Assembly (NCBI GenBank): GCA_044373665.1
Contig: JBIPNH010000002.1
Coordinates: 3,421-67,420 of the forward strand
DNA length: 64,000 nt
Reading direction: 5' to 3'
Source of the DNA: Bacteroidia bacterium
GTDB taxonomy: Bacteria; Bacteroidota; Bacteroidia; NS11-12g; UBA955
Position 1 is the first letter of the stretch. Each line of letters starts with the position of its first letter. Shown here piece after piece: positions 37,867 through 47,098 of the stretch. The position numbers and the translations under genes were made by a program. The notes below the pieces were generated by a model. That model had not been told where the DNA came from. It made no database searches and was given only the letters and a program-made list of their open reading frames with translations.

Positions 37867-39993
37867 ATGTCTATGAAGTCTTTTAAAAGAACCCTTGTGA
37901 CAGCTGCTTTGCCTTATGCAAATGGCCCTAAACATATTGGTCATTTGGCTGGTGCCTATATTCCGGCTGATATTTATACCCGTTATTTAAGAAATGCAGG
38001 TGAAGAAGTGTTGTTTGTGTGTGGAAGTGATGAGCACGGAACAGCAATCCCAATTCAAGCTCAAAAAGAAAATACAAGCCCTCAGCATATTATTGACAGA
38101 TACCATCAGTTACTGAAAGAAAATTTCGAAAAACTAGGCATTTCGTTCGACGTGTATCACCGAACCAGTGACGAAATTCACCACCAAACTGCCCAAGAGT
38201 TTTTTTTAAATTTATATGAAAAAGGCTTGTTTAAAGAGGAGATTTCTGAACAGTATTTCGACGAAGAAAAACAAACCTTTTTAGCGGATAGATATATCAA
38301 AGGAACATGTCCCAATTGTGGTTTTCACAGTGCTTTTGGCGATCAATGCGAAAAGTGCGGAAAGGCGCTTAGTCCTAATGAATTAATTAATCCCGTATCT
38401 ACACTTTCCGATAAAACACCTGTTTTAAAAACAACCAAACATTGGTATTTGCCTTTGAATGACTATGAACCATGGTTGAAAGAATGGTTACTCGAAGGAC
38501 ATAAAGAAGATTGGAAAACCAATGTGTATGGTCAAAGTAAAAGTTGGATTGATGGAGGTTTGTCACCCCGTGCCATGACGCGTGATCTTGATTGGGGTGT
38601 TAAAGTGCCTCTCCAAGGTGCCGAAGGTAAGGTGTTGTATGTATGGTTTGATGCCCCCATTGGCTATATTTCTGCCACTAAAGCGTTTTTTAAAGAAATG
38701 GAAGAAAATTCATTTCATTATGCCTACCCTCAAAATTCAATCATCAAATCCGGTCAAGCAAATGATTGGAAAAAGTGGTGGCAAAATGATGACAGTCGTT
38801 TGATTCATTTTATTGGAAAAGACAATATCGTGTTTCATTGTATCATTTTTCCAGCGATGTTAAAAGCAGCAGAATCCTATATTTTGCCAGACAATGTCCC
38901 TGCTAATGAATTTTTAAATTTAGAGGGAGAGAAAATGAGCACAAGCAGAAAGTGGAGTGTGGAAATGGAAGATTATTTCAAGGAATTTGAAAACAAGGAA
39001 GATGTACTGAGATATGTATTAACCGCTATAGCGCCTGAAACCAAAGATGCGGATTTTAGTTGGAAAGATTTTCAAACCAGAAATAACAGTGAATTAGTTG
39101 CCATTCTTGGGAATTTCATTAACAGAGTTATGGTACTTTCGCAAAAATATTATGAAGGGGTGGTGCCTGTTGCAAGTCATTTGTTGGAGATAGACAATCA
39201 ACTAATAAAGGATATTCAATTATTCCAAGAGGAAATAGACCATTCTATTCGTCAGTTTAAGTTCAGAGACGGGTTATTTGCCCTTATGAACATAGCCCGT
39301 GCGGGAAATAAATATTTGGCAGAAACAGAGCCTTGGAAATTGATTAAATCAGATGAAGAAAGAACGGCAACTGTAATGTTTAATGCCATACAGGTTTGTG
39401 CAACTTTGTCTTGGTGGATGGATGCTTTTATGCCATTTTCTGCTCAAAAATTAAGAATTCAATTGAACACACAAAAGGAAAGTTTTGTAAAGAATAGTTT
39501 TGTTCAATTACAGTCGGGTCACACACTTGGTCAAGCAGCCCACTTATTTAGTAACATTGAAGATGATATTATACAAAAACAAATTATGAATTTGGAAGAG
39601 ACTAAAAAAAATGTAGCAACTACCATTGTTTCAGAATCATTAGAACCTCAATCAGAATTAAAGCCAATTATTACTTTTGATGATTTTGGTAAAATAGATT
39701 TAAGAGTAGGCACGGTTTTGGAAGCTGAAAAGGTTGAGAAAGCGGATAAGTTATTAAAATTAAAAGTAGATTTAGGTTTTGAACAACGGACTATTGTTTC
39801 GGGAATTGCTTTACACTTTACCCCAAGTGAATTAATAGGGCAACAAGTGTGTGTGTTAGCCAATTTAGCGCCACGCAAAATTAAAGGAATAGAAAGTAAT
39901 GGCATGTTGCTTCTTGCTGAAAATGAAGATGGTTCACTTAAACTAATGCAACCTGGAAACGGAATAGTGAGTCCGGGAAGTAAAATTGCGTAA
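37867..39993 (+). CDS. metG: Methionine--tRNA ligase with C-terminal tRNA-binding (EMAP/Trbp111-like) domain
   Basis: HIGH motif (PKHIGHLAG), KMSKS motif (KMSTSRK), zinc knuckles (CPNCG...CEKCG) and a C-terminal OB-fold (DLRVGTVLEAEKVEKADKLLKLKVDLG). Confidence 0.95.
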   Translation: MSMKSFKRTLVTAALPYANGPKHIGHLAGAYIPADIYTRYLRNAGEEVLFVCGSDEHGTAIPIQAQKENTSPQHIIDRYHQLLKENFEKLGISFDVYHRTSDEIHHQTAQEFFLNLYEKGLFKEEISEQYFDEEKQTFLADRYIKGTCPNCGFHSAFGDQCEKCGKALSPNELINPVSTLSDKTPVLKTTKHWYLPLNDYEPWLKEWLLEGHKEDWKTNVYGQSKSWIDGGLSPRAMTRDLDWGVKVPLQGAEGKVLYVWFDAPIGYISATKAFFKEMEENSFHYAYPQNSIIKSGQANDWKKWWQNDDSRLIHFIGKDNIVFHCIIFPAMLKAAESYILPDNVPANEFLNLEGEKMSTSRKWSVEMEDYFKEFENKEDVLRYVLTAIAPETKDADFSWKDFQTRNNSELVAILGNFINRVMVLSQKYYEGVVPVASHLLEIDNQLIKDIQLFQEEIDHSIRQFKFRDGLFALMNIARAGNKYLAETEPWKLIKSDEERTATVMFNAIQVCATLSWWMDAFMPFSAQKLRIQLNTQKESFVKNSFVQLQSGHTLGQAAHLFSNIEDDIIQKQIMNLEETKKNVATTIVSESLEPQSELKPIITFDDFGKIDLRVGTVLEAEKVEKADKLLKLKVDLGFEQRTIVSGIALHFTPSELIGQQVCVLANLAPRKIKGIESNGMLLLAENEDGSLKLMQPGNGIVSPGSKIA

Positions 39994-40014
39994 ATAGTAA
40001 TTTTGTTTTACTAT
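39994..40014 (+). terminator. Weak candidate terminator hairpin after metG
   Basis: ATAGTAA-ttttgtt-TTACTAT followed by T-rich sequence. The stem is AT-rich, so the call is marginal. Confidence 0.25.
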
Positions 40015-40057
40015 TAATTTATTTATAAATTAAATTGTACTATTTTCGCCACCTAAT

Positions 40058-41335
40058 ATGAAAAAAAGTGAGAAGATATTAAATGCACTTGGTCAAGCTT
40101 ATTTTACTTTGTCAAGTAACAATAGTTTGGAAAGTTCTATAACCAATGTATTAGGTATTTTGGGTAAAGCAACCGATGTAGATCGGGTTTATATTTTTCA
40201 AAATTTTCAAAACAGTGATAACGAGGATATTTTTTCACAAAGATATGAGTGGACCAAAGAAAATATAAGTATTCAAATAGATAATCCTGAGTTACAAGAC
40301 TTGCCTTGGTCAATTTTTTCGGATTTGCGTTTGGTGATGTTAGAAAGAAAAACATACAGTGCGATAGTAAAAGACATTACAAATGATTTTTTTAGAGAAA
40401 CTTTAGAGTCGCAAGAAATTAAAGCAGTTTTGTTTGTTCCTATTTATTCGAATGACTTGTTTTGGGGATGGGTGGGTTTTGATAATTGCCAAACTGACGA
40501 AACTTTTACTGAAAGTCAACAGGACGCTTTATTAGCACTTGCATCTACAATAGGAAATGTTATAGCAATGCAAAAACAACAGGCTGAAATACAGTTGGCT
40601 AATGACCGTTTGAAAACAGCATTAAATTCCGAAAAAGAGGTTAATAAATTAAAGTCACGTTTTGTTACCACAGCATCTCACGAGTTTAGAACTCCTCTTT
40701 CTACTATTTCCGGGAGTACAGAATTGATGGAAATGTACATTAGTGAAATATCTAATCTAAATCTTGCAGAGAAATACGAAAAACACATCAACAGAATTAA
40801 AAAGGAAATAAATAGGATGGTTGTTTTGCTTAATGATACTCTAATTCTTGAAAAACAATCATTGGGAAAATACAGTTACAATCCATCGAATTTTTCACTG
40901 TCCTTGTATCTTTCTAATTTTGTAAACGAGTACTATTCGCAAAAAATAGATAATAAACGCATTAAGTTGATAATGCCTGATTTGCCTATGGATATTAGAA
41001 GCGACTCGCAAATATTAACACATATAATGTCGAATTTACTTGATAATGCTTTGAAATATTCAGATGAAAATACAACTGTAAAATTAAAAGTTGAACCATT
41101 ATCGTCTGGAATACAAATTTCTATAATTGACCAAGGTATTGGCATTCCTGAAGATGAACAAGTGCATTTGTTTGAAAGCTTTTTCAGAGCCTCTAATGTA
41201 ATAGGGATAGTAGGGACAGGCTTAGGACTAACTATTGTAAAGCAGTTTGTTGAATTATTAAATGGAACAATAACTTATACAAGTGCTTTAAACAAAGGCT
41301 CTGAATTTACAATTACATTGCCTTTGCACCGCTAG
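40058..41335 (+). CDS. Sensor histidine kinase with N-terminal GAF domain (cytoplasmic, orphan)
   Basis: H-box SHEFRTPLS, N-box NLLDNALKY, G-boxes DQGIGI and GTGLGL. No TM helices and no adjacent response regulator. Confidence 0.88.
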   Translation: MKKSEKILNALGQAYFTLSSNNSLESSITNVLGILGKATDVDRVYIFQNFQNSDNEDIFSQRYEWTKENISIQIDNPELQDLPWSIFSDLRLVMLERKTYSAIVKDITNDFFRETLESQEIKAVLFVPIYSNDLFWGWVGFDNCQTDETFTESQQDALLALASTIGNVIAMQKQQAEIQLANDRLKTALNSEKEVNKLKSRFVTTASHEFRTPLSTISGSTELMEMYISEISNLNLAEKYEKHINRIKKEINRMVVLLNDTLILEKQSLGKYSYNPSNFSLSLYLSNFVNEYYSQKIDNKRIKLIMPDLPMDIRSDSQILTHIMSNLLDNALKYSDENTTVKLKVEPLSSGIQISIIDQGIGIPEDEQVHLFESFFRASNVIGIVGTGLGLTIVKQFVELLNGTITYTSALNKGSEFTITLPLHR

Positions 41336-43263
41336 TTTTTAAGTTTCAGCTTCCAAATATCACCGGCCTTATTTTTCTTTTTCCCAACAATGCCTGAGTG
41401 TTCTAAGTTTATTAGAATATCCTCAGCTTCTATAATATTGATTTCCAAAAGATATGAAAATTCATGAGCTGTCATGCTTTGGTAAATATTAAATAATTCT
41501 ATAGGTTGACGCTTCGTATTGTTTTTTAAAGCTAATGGATTTAATTCAAGAATTGCTTTTTCCATAACTTCATATTCTTGATATCCTCTCAATGTTTTTT
41601 CATCACCAAATTCATTTTTAAAGATAAAGGTAGGAAGCGTATTAATTTTGAGTTCAGAGGCATATTCAAGGTCGTCATTGAATTTTTTAATAGCATTTAA
41701 GTTCATGTCCTCTTTAAGTTTAATAACATCCAAACCTACCTCTTTTGCTGTATGTAGAAGTAAGTCGAGGTCTGTGATGTTTTTGCTTTCCAAAAATAAT
41801 AGTTCTTTAATTCTTCTGTGGAATTGGTATGCTTTTAATTTATTTTGCATTTGTGCAGCCTTAATACTTATGGAAGGTGGAAATGATGATGACAAAGGCG
41901 AATTGATCCAAATATCTGGAGACAACGGCATTTTTTGTGATTCAGAAACCTCTTGCCAATAGTCGGCAGCATCGGAGGGTTGCTTAATGCGTCCTATCTT
42001 GCGTTTTAACTCGTCCCAACTTGGAAGTAGCCCACCTAACAGGTATTTTATTTCAAAGTACTCGCCATATTTTAAGGATAGTTTTCTTATTTGTGGTTGA
42101 ACCACCCAACAGGTTGAACAAACAGGGTCTGTGAAGTACGAAATTTCTATTTTGGAATCAATTGGGATTTCCACCTCTTTTTTCAGGTTTTGGATAAGAG
42201 GAATTTTAACGTTTTGATTGGTATTGTCTAAAAAATTATTTTTGATTTCCCTTCCAAGTGAAATATGTTCTTTAATCCTTGGCGCTCGAGTTTCATAAAA
42301 CTGATTAAATGCACCACTAATAGTAGGGTTTTGTTGAAGTAAATTAGATAGTGTATAAGCATCAATGAGAGCATTGGTGGTGCCTGCACTCGTAAATGGT
42401 AAAGCAACGTGTGCTGCATCTCCAATTAAAACGACATTGTCTTTATGAAAATTAGGTAACAAATCAAAATCTGTAGATTGCCATAAAAAGTTATTTGAAA
42501 AATCATTGAATGACAAAAGATTACGAGTTTCTTCTGGGAATTGTTCTAATAATGATAAACAGTGGTTTTTGATTGATTCTGGTCCGTCAAATTCAGCTTT
42601 TTGTAACCTAACATCGTATTGGATATACCAAACCATTTCATCATTTGAACATGGAATATATCCAAAAGCTATGCCTTGTTGTAAACAATTTATTTTGGTA
42701 AAGGTGTGTGCTGATTTTTGTGTTAATTCAGTATTTTTAATAATACCTACTATTTCTCTAACTTCGGTTTTGGAAAATTCAATCTCACCAAAAAGGCTAT
42801 TTCGAACTTTTGATCTTACACCATCCGCACCAACAAAAAGGTCGCCATATTCAATGTCACCGTTCTCAAATTCAACAGCAACCGCTTGGTTGTTTTTGTA
42901 TATAAAATTTTTAAAACTGCGATTAAATTGAATCGTATTTTCAGGTAAAAAATGATTGATAAAGGTGAGTATGTCACACCTTTTCATGCAAATCCATGAT
43001 TCTAGTTCTGTGCTTTGAAGTAGCTCATCGTCTGCTTTTTTAAGTTTAATTTCATCAATAATTTGTCCTGGAATTTCAGCATTAGGATTGGTTAGGGTTA
43101 GTTTTTGTAGAATATCCATTGCATCAGGATGTAACAAAAAAGCATGTCCTAATCTTTGGTTTTTGGGACTGCGTTCATTTAATGAAATTTGATGCCCTTT
43201 TTGATGTAAAAAGGCGCCTAATGCCATCCCTGCAATGCCACTGCCTAAAATTACTATTTTCAT
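41332..43263 (-). CDS. Fusion protein: FAD-dependent aromatic-ring monooxygenase (N-terminal) fused to a DsbA-family/SpxH(YjbH)-like thioredoxin-fold domain with CxxC (C-terminal)
   Basis: N-terminal FAD motifs are ILGSGIAGMALG, GADGVRSKVR and GDAAHVALPFTSAGTTNA. From about aa 372 the sequence IEISYFTDPVCSTCW (CSTC encoded at 42109-42120) ...LPTFIF resembles DsbA/FrnE/YjbH proteins. A winged-helix-like tail follows. Confidence 0.75.
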   Translation of the reverse strand: MKIVILGSGIAGMALGAFLHQKGHQISLNERSPKNQRLGHAFLLHPDAMDILQKLTLTNPNAEIPGQIIDEIKLKKADDELLQSTELESWICMKRCDILTFINHFLPENTIQFNRSFKNFIYKNNQAVAVEFENGDIEYGDLFVGADGVRSKVRNSLFGEIEFSKTEVREIVGIIKNTELTQKSAHTFTKINCLQQGIAFGYIPCSNDEMVWYIQYDVRLQKAEFDGPESIKNHCLSLLEQFPEETRNLLSFNDFSNNFLWQSTDFDLLPNFHKDNVVLIGDAAHVALPFTSAGTTNALIDAYTLSNLLQQNPTISGAFNQFYETRAPRIKEHISLGREIKNNFLDNTNQNVKIPLIQNLKKEVEIPIDSKIEISYFTDPVCSTCWVVQPQIRKLSLKYGEYFEIKYLLGGLLPSWDELKRKIGRIKQPSDAADYWQEVSESQKMPLSPDIWINSPLSSSFPPSISIKAAQMQNKLKAYQFHRRIKELLFLESKNITDLDLLLHTAKEVGLDVIKLKEDMNLNAIKKFNDDLEYASELKINTLPTFIFKNEFGDEKTLRGYQEYEVMEKAILELNPLALKNNTKRQPIELFNIYQSMTAHEFSYLLEINIIEAEDILINLEHSGIVGKKKNKAGDIWKLKLKN

Positions 43264-44432
43264 AACTCATTGAATGTAAATTGTATTCTTTGTAACGCTT
43301 CTGTCAATATTTTTTCTGAAGTTGCAAAACTCAATCTGATATGCCCTTCTGCCCTTTCGCCAAACCATCTGCTTAAACCAGGCACCACTGCTACTTTGGC
43401 TTTTTCAAGCAGTAATTGGTGAACTTGAGATTCATTCAGTCCTGTTTCACTGATGTTGGGAAATGCCAAATAACATCCCTGTGGCGAATTGCAATGAATT
43501 CCTTTTATTAAATTGAGTTCATTAACACATAGGTTTCGCATTTTACTCAAATGTTCAATAAAGGATGTTAACCAGTAATCACATTCATTAAGTGCGCTTA
43601 TTACTGCAACTTGAGCAAGAACATTGCATCCATTTACAGTTGAGTTATGCTCCGATTCATTTAGTATTTTGGTGAATAAGTCTTCATTTGGTGCTATAAC
43701 ACTTCCCACTCTTAGTCCAGCTAATCCATACGATTTGCTGTAACCCGTTACAATGATTGTTTGGTTTTTGATTGATTCACTTATAGACGCTATGCTTTTG
43801 TACTGAAATGGTTCAAACACTATATCACTCCATATTTCATCCGACAATATAATAAGATTATGTGCAACTGCTATTTCGCCTATCTGTTTTAATTCATAAC
43901 TATTGAGAACTCTACCTGTAGGGTTAATAGGATTGCAAATGCAAATCAGTTTTGTATGTTTGTTGATTAATGATTTTAAAGCATTAATGTCTAAATTTTC
44001 ATTAGGATTCAAAGGAATAGAAAAGGGAACAACTGTTCCATTTGCAGCCTTTACTGAATGGGCAAATAAAAAATCACACGGGTTAAATACAATGGCTTCG
44101 TCTCCCATTGATAGAATTGTTTTACAGACAACATATAAACCATAAGCAGCGCTGTTTACTGCTAATACATTTTTGGGGTGAACTTCAACTTGCCTTTTGT
44201 TTAAATAATAGCGTGCTACAGCCTCACGAAATTTAGGAATTCCCTCAACAGGGGTATAAGAAAAATAGCGGTCTCTTGCATATTTTTGAATAGCCTCGCT
44301 TATTTCAGGCGCACAAGGAAAATCAGGATCAGCAGCTGTTAATGGTATAATACCCTCTTGTTGAGTAGCCCATCTTAAATTATAAGCCCTCTCTTTTAAA
44401 ATCTCTAAATTAATGCTTTCGTTACTAAACAT
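43260..44432 (-). CDS. PLP-dependent aminotransferase (class I/II)
   Basis: 390 aa with the PLP-lysine context YSKSYGLAGLRVG and NPINPTG. The stop overlaps the downstream ATG (ATGA). Confidence 0.88.
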   Translation of the reverse strand: MFSNESINLEILKERAYNLRWATQQEGIIPLTAADPDFPCAPEISEAIQKYARDRYFSYTPVEGIPKFREAVARYYLNKRQVEVHPKNVLAVNSAAYGLYVVCKTILSMGDEAIVFNPCDFLFAHSVKAANGTVVPFSIPLNPNENLDINALKSLINKHTKLICICNPINPTGRVLNSYELKQIGEIAVAHNLIILSDEIWSDIVFEPFQYKSIASISESIKNQTIIVTGYSKSYGLAGLRVGSVIAPNEDLFTKILNESEHNSTVNGCNVLAQVAVISALNECDYWLTSFIEHLSKMRNLCVNELNLIKGIHCNSPQGCYLAFPNISETGLNESQVHQLLLEKAKVAVVPGLSRWFGERAEGHIRLSFATSEKILTEALQRIQFTFNEL

Positions 44433-44467
44433 ACACGTTGACGGAAATTTGTGTTATATTATGATTA

Positions 44468-44475
44468 CAAACATA
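44468..44475 (-). promoter_or_regulatory. -7 promoter box TATGTTTG upstream of aminotransferase operon
   Basis: Perfect TAnnTTTG on the minus strand, 35 nt upstream of the ATG at 44432. Confidence 0.35.
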
Positions 44476-44699
44476 AGGTTTGTTGTACTTACTTTTTAAT
44501 ATAAATTAATAAATATTTGAGTAATTCATTTTATATTAAGTGTTATCTTAATTGTTTTTTTTGAGTATTAGCATTAATATTCTCATATTCAAATAAATAC
44601 AACAAAATATTTAAATAAACAGGTAGATAGAATGTGTTTAAAATTTAATATTTAATAATATAGAAAGTATTATATTTGTACTATAAAATCTAGTAAATA

Positions 44700-44724
44700 G
44701 GGGTATTTTTATGCTAAATATCCC
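44700..44724 (-). terminator. Candidate rho-independent terminator after rsmF-like gene
   Basis: On the minus strand it reads GGGATATTT-agcataa-AAATACCCC (9-bp stem with one G-U), followed by T-rich sequence. It lies about 60 nt after the stop at 44783. Confidence 0.35.
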
Positions 44725-44782
44725 GATTAATTGTCGCTAAAAATCTTAAATTATAGGCAGGTTTATGTTATAAAAAGTATAT

Positions 44783-46132
44783 TCAAGGTAAAATTGTAAA
44801 AATTTCTTCTTGTTTTAGTTGTTTTCTTAATCGCCACTCATTGGGAAATAAATTGTTAATTCTGTTGCCAGCAAATTTACCCAAACCAATAGGAATGTTT
44901 TTATAAGTTAAAGTAACATACCCTTTGCTGGAACTTGAATGTGGAATAATTTGCTTTCCGATATAGAGTATAGCTTGTTCTAAAGTTAGTTCAATACTTG
45001 GCCAACATTCGCTATTAAAGTGTTGTGAAAACACGAGTTCCCCCGAGGGAATCATTAATTGCTGATTCTGTGACCCAAGACTTGTGCCAATATGAACTAC
45101 TTTTAATGCTTTTGAAATTTGTTTGTAAAACGCCAATGAGCATGGTTTTACTGCCGTTACTTCATTTCTGAATTTAATAAATTCAACATCAGTGTTCATT
45201 AATTCTTTCCACTCTGTACCCAACTTTTCGGTCTTTACTTGGGTTTCTTCTCGCTCTATTGTATCCTCTGTAAGAGTCTCAGTTTTTTGTAGTAATGCAA
45301 TAAAAAATCCCTCGCCTTGATGCGTGTGTGGCATCAATTGGTATGCACTTTCTAACTTATTATCAAAATGAAAGGGAACGGATTTAAAACCATTTTGTGT
45401 TAAAAAATCAACTTGTGCTTGGTTTTCTCCAGGATTATAAGTGCAAGTGCTGTAGATGATAAATCCACCCTCTTTAACGCATTTAATAACCTCTTGCAAT
45501 ATCCTTTTCTGTCTTAACTCACAAGTTTGTACATTGTCTTCTGTCCATTGTTCGGTGGCATTCGGGTCTTTTCTAAATAAACCTTCACCACTGCAAGGCG
45601 CATCTACAACCACAATATCAAAGATTTCGCCAAGTTGCGAAAAATCACGACTGTCGTTATTGCAAATAATGGTATTAGGGAATCCCCATTTCAATAAATT
45701 TTCTTTTAAAACAGATACTCTTGTTTGAATAACCTCATTACTAACTAATAGATCATTCTCTGTTAATAATGATGATAAATGAGTAGATTTTCCTCCGGGT
45801 GCTGCACATAAATCTAAAACCCTTAAGTCTGTATCTATGAGTTCTCTAATTTTAACAAATGCTTGTTCCAAAACCATACTCGACGCCTCTTGAACATAAT
45901 AGGCTCCTGCATGCCAAAGTGGGTCGGATACAAATAAAGGTCGCACAGGCAAATAATAGCCTGTAGAACACCAACTGACTTTTGAATAATTAAGCTCCGT
46001 ATTTAACTTCTTTTTATTTATTCTTAACGATACAGGGGTTTCGGTATTAAGCGCCGCTTCAAATTCCAAAAAGGTTTGTTTTCCCAACTGATTGAGAAGA
46101 CGTTCTTTGAATACATTAGGTAATTGAATCAT
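44783..46132 (-). CDS. rRNA cytosine-C5 methyltransferase (NOL1/NOP2/Sun family, RsmF/RsmB-like)
   Basis: SAM motif DLCAAPGGKS, catalytic Cys contexts DAPCSGEG and YSTCT, and a C-terminal PUA-like extension. Confidence 0.85.
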   Translation of the reverse strand: MIQLPNVFKERLLNQLGKQTFLEFEAALNTETPVSLRINKKKLNTELNYSKVSWCSTGYYLPVRPLFVSDPLWHAGAYYVQEASSMVLEQAFVKIRELIDTDLRVLDLCAAPGGKSTHLSSLLTENDLLVSNEVIQTRVSVLKENLLKWGFPNTIICNNDSRDFSQLGEIFDIVVVDAPCSGEGLFRKDPNATEQWTEDNVQTCELRQKRILQEVIKCVKEGGFIIYSTCTYNPGENQAQVDFLTQNGFKSVPFHFDNKLESAYQLMPHTHQGEGFFIALLQKTETLTEDTIEREETQVKTEKLGTEWKELMNTDVEFIKFRNEVTAVKPCSLAFYKQISKALKVVHIGTSLGSQNQQLMIPSGELVFSQHFNSECWPSIELTLEQAILYIGKQIIPHSSSSKGYVTLTYKNIPIGLGKFAGNRINNLFPNEWRLRKQLKQEEIFTILP

Positions 46133-46986
46133 GATCTACGCGCTAATGTAATTCCTAGTAAAATTAATAACATACCTGATACCTGAAATAGACCAATTGG
46201 TTCTCCATCCAAAATACCCCAAAAATAAGCAAATATTGGGATTAGATAAGTGACAGAAGCTGCAAAAATAGCAGTTGTTTTTTTAACTAATGTGTTAAAT
46301 ACAATGAGTGAAATGGCAGAACCAATAACGCCCAACAAAATAATATATAAAAGTGGTTTTAGCGATTCTTCTTGTGTTGCCACATTAAATGCACCCATTT
46401 GTAATGCCATTATTAATGCCGGAATAGAAACAATACTCAAAGGAATCATGCTGTTTACAATAGCAGTATTGTGACTTAATTTTGATTTGATAATATTGAC
46501 ATTGATGCCGTAAAGAAAAGCGGCTAATATAACTTTGGAACAAGGAATCAAATAATCTAATTCAAACTGAAACCCATCTTTGGTTTTGGAAAAAATAAGA
46601 AGCAATGAACCCGCTAAGCCAATTATTATCCCTATGGCTTGTGATACCTTAAACAGTTGTGAAAACAAAAAAACTCCTGTTAACAGTGCAAAAAATGGCG
46701 TCATTGCATTCAGTGCTCCCGATAGTGAACTTGGGATTTCTGCTCCTGCACTAGCAAACAGATACGCTGGAATAAGGTTTCCTAGTATCCCTGATAAACT
46801 TAAAAACAACCAATCTTTTTTACTTAGTTTTCTAAATTCTCTAACAAAGAAATAGGCGCCTACACTACCAGCAAACACTAGTCTTAGTGAGGCCAGTTGG
46901 AAAGGTGTAAAAGCAACTAATCCCTTTTTCATTAGGATAAAGGAACTGCCCCAAACAAGTCCTAAAAAAAAGAGCGTCAAAAACAT
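46129..46986 (-). CDS. EamA/DMT-family transporter
   Basis: About 10 TM helices with two EamA repeats. The ATG is at 46986 (an alternative GTG lies at 47004). The stop overlaps the rsmF-like ATG (ATGA). Confidence 0.8.
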   Translation of the reverse strand: MFLTLFFLGLVWGSSFILMKKGLVAFTPFQLASLRLVFAGSVGAYFFVREFRKLSKKDWLFLSLSGILGNLIPAYLFASAGAEIPSSLSGALNAMTPFFALLTGVFLFSQLFKVSQAIGIIIGLAGSLLLIFSKTKDGFQFELDYLIPCSKVILAAFLYGINVNIIKSKLSHNTAIVNSMIPLSIVSIPALIMALQMGAFNVATQEESLKPLLYIILLGVIGSAISLIVFNTLVKKTTAIFAASVTYLIPIFAYFWGILDGEPIGLFQVSGMLLILLGITLARRS

Positions 46987-47009
46987 TTTTAAGTCAATTT
47001 TCACGGGCG

Positions 47010-47017
47010 CAAAAGTA
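47010..47017 (-). promoter_or_regulatory. -7 promoter box TACTTTTG upstream of eamA-rsmF operon
   Basis: Perfect TAnnTTTG on the minus strand, 23 nt upstream of the ATG at 46986. Confidence 0.35.
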
Positions 47018-47098
47018 CTCTTTTTCTATTCATTCAACTTTGAATATTTTGCTATTCTTGTATTTTTATATTTTGTGTATCTTTACCACTTTACAATT

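Noticed and set aside
42506-42931. 141-aa plus-strand ORF inside the monooxygenase fusion gene. Similar antisense ORFs lie at 21931-22338, 6738-7115, 4662-5003, 41648-41962, 946-1242 and 26219-26497.
   Set aside because: All lie fully within well-supported genes on the opposite strand. They have low-complexity or odd composition, no recognisable motifs and no promoter boxes. They are typical shadow ORFs.
44433-44782. 350-bp leader upstream of the aminotransferase operon as a riboswitch candidate
   Set aside because: The sequence is extremely AT-rich. It has no conserved-looking helices or known riboswitch cores. Part of it is better explained by the rsmF terminator and the operon promoter.
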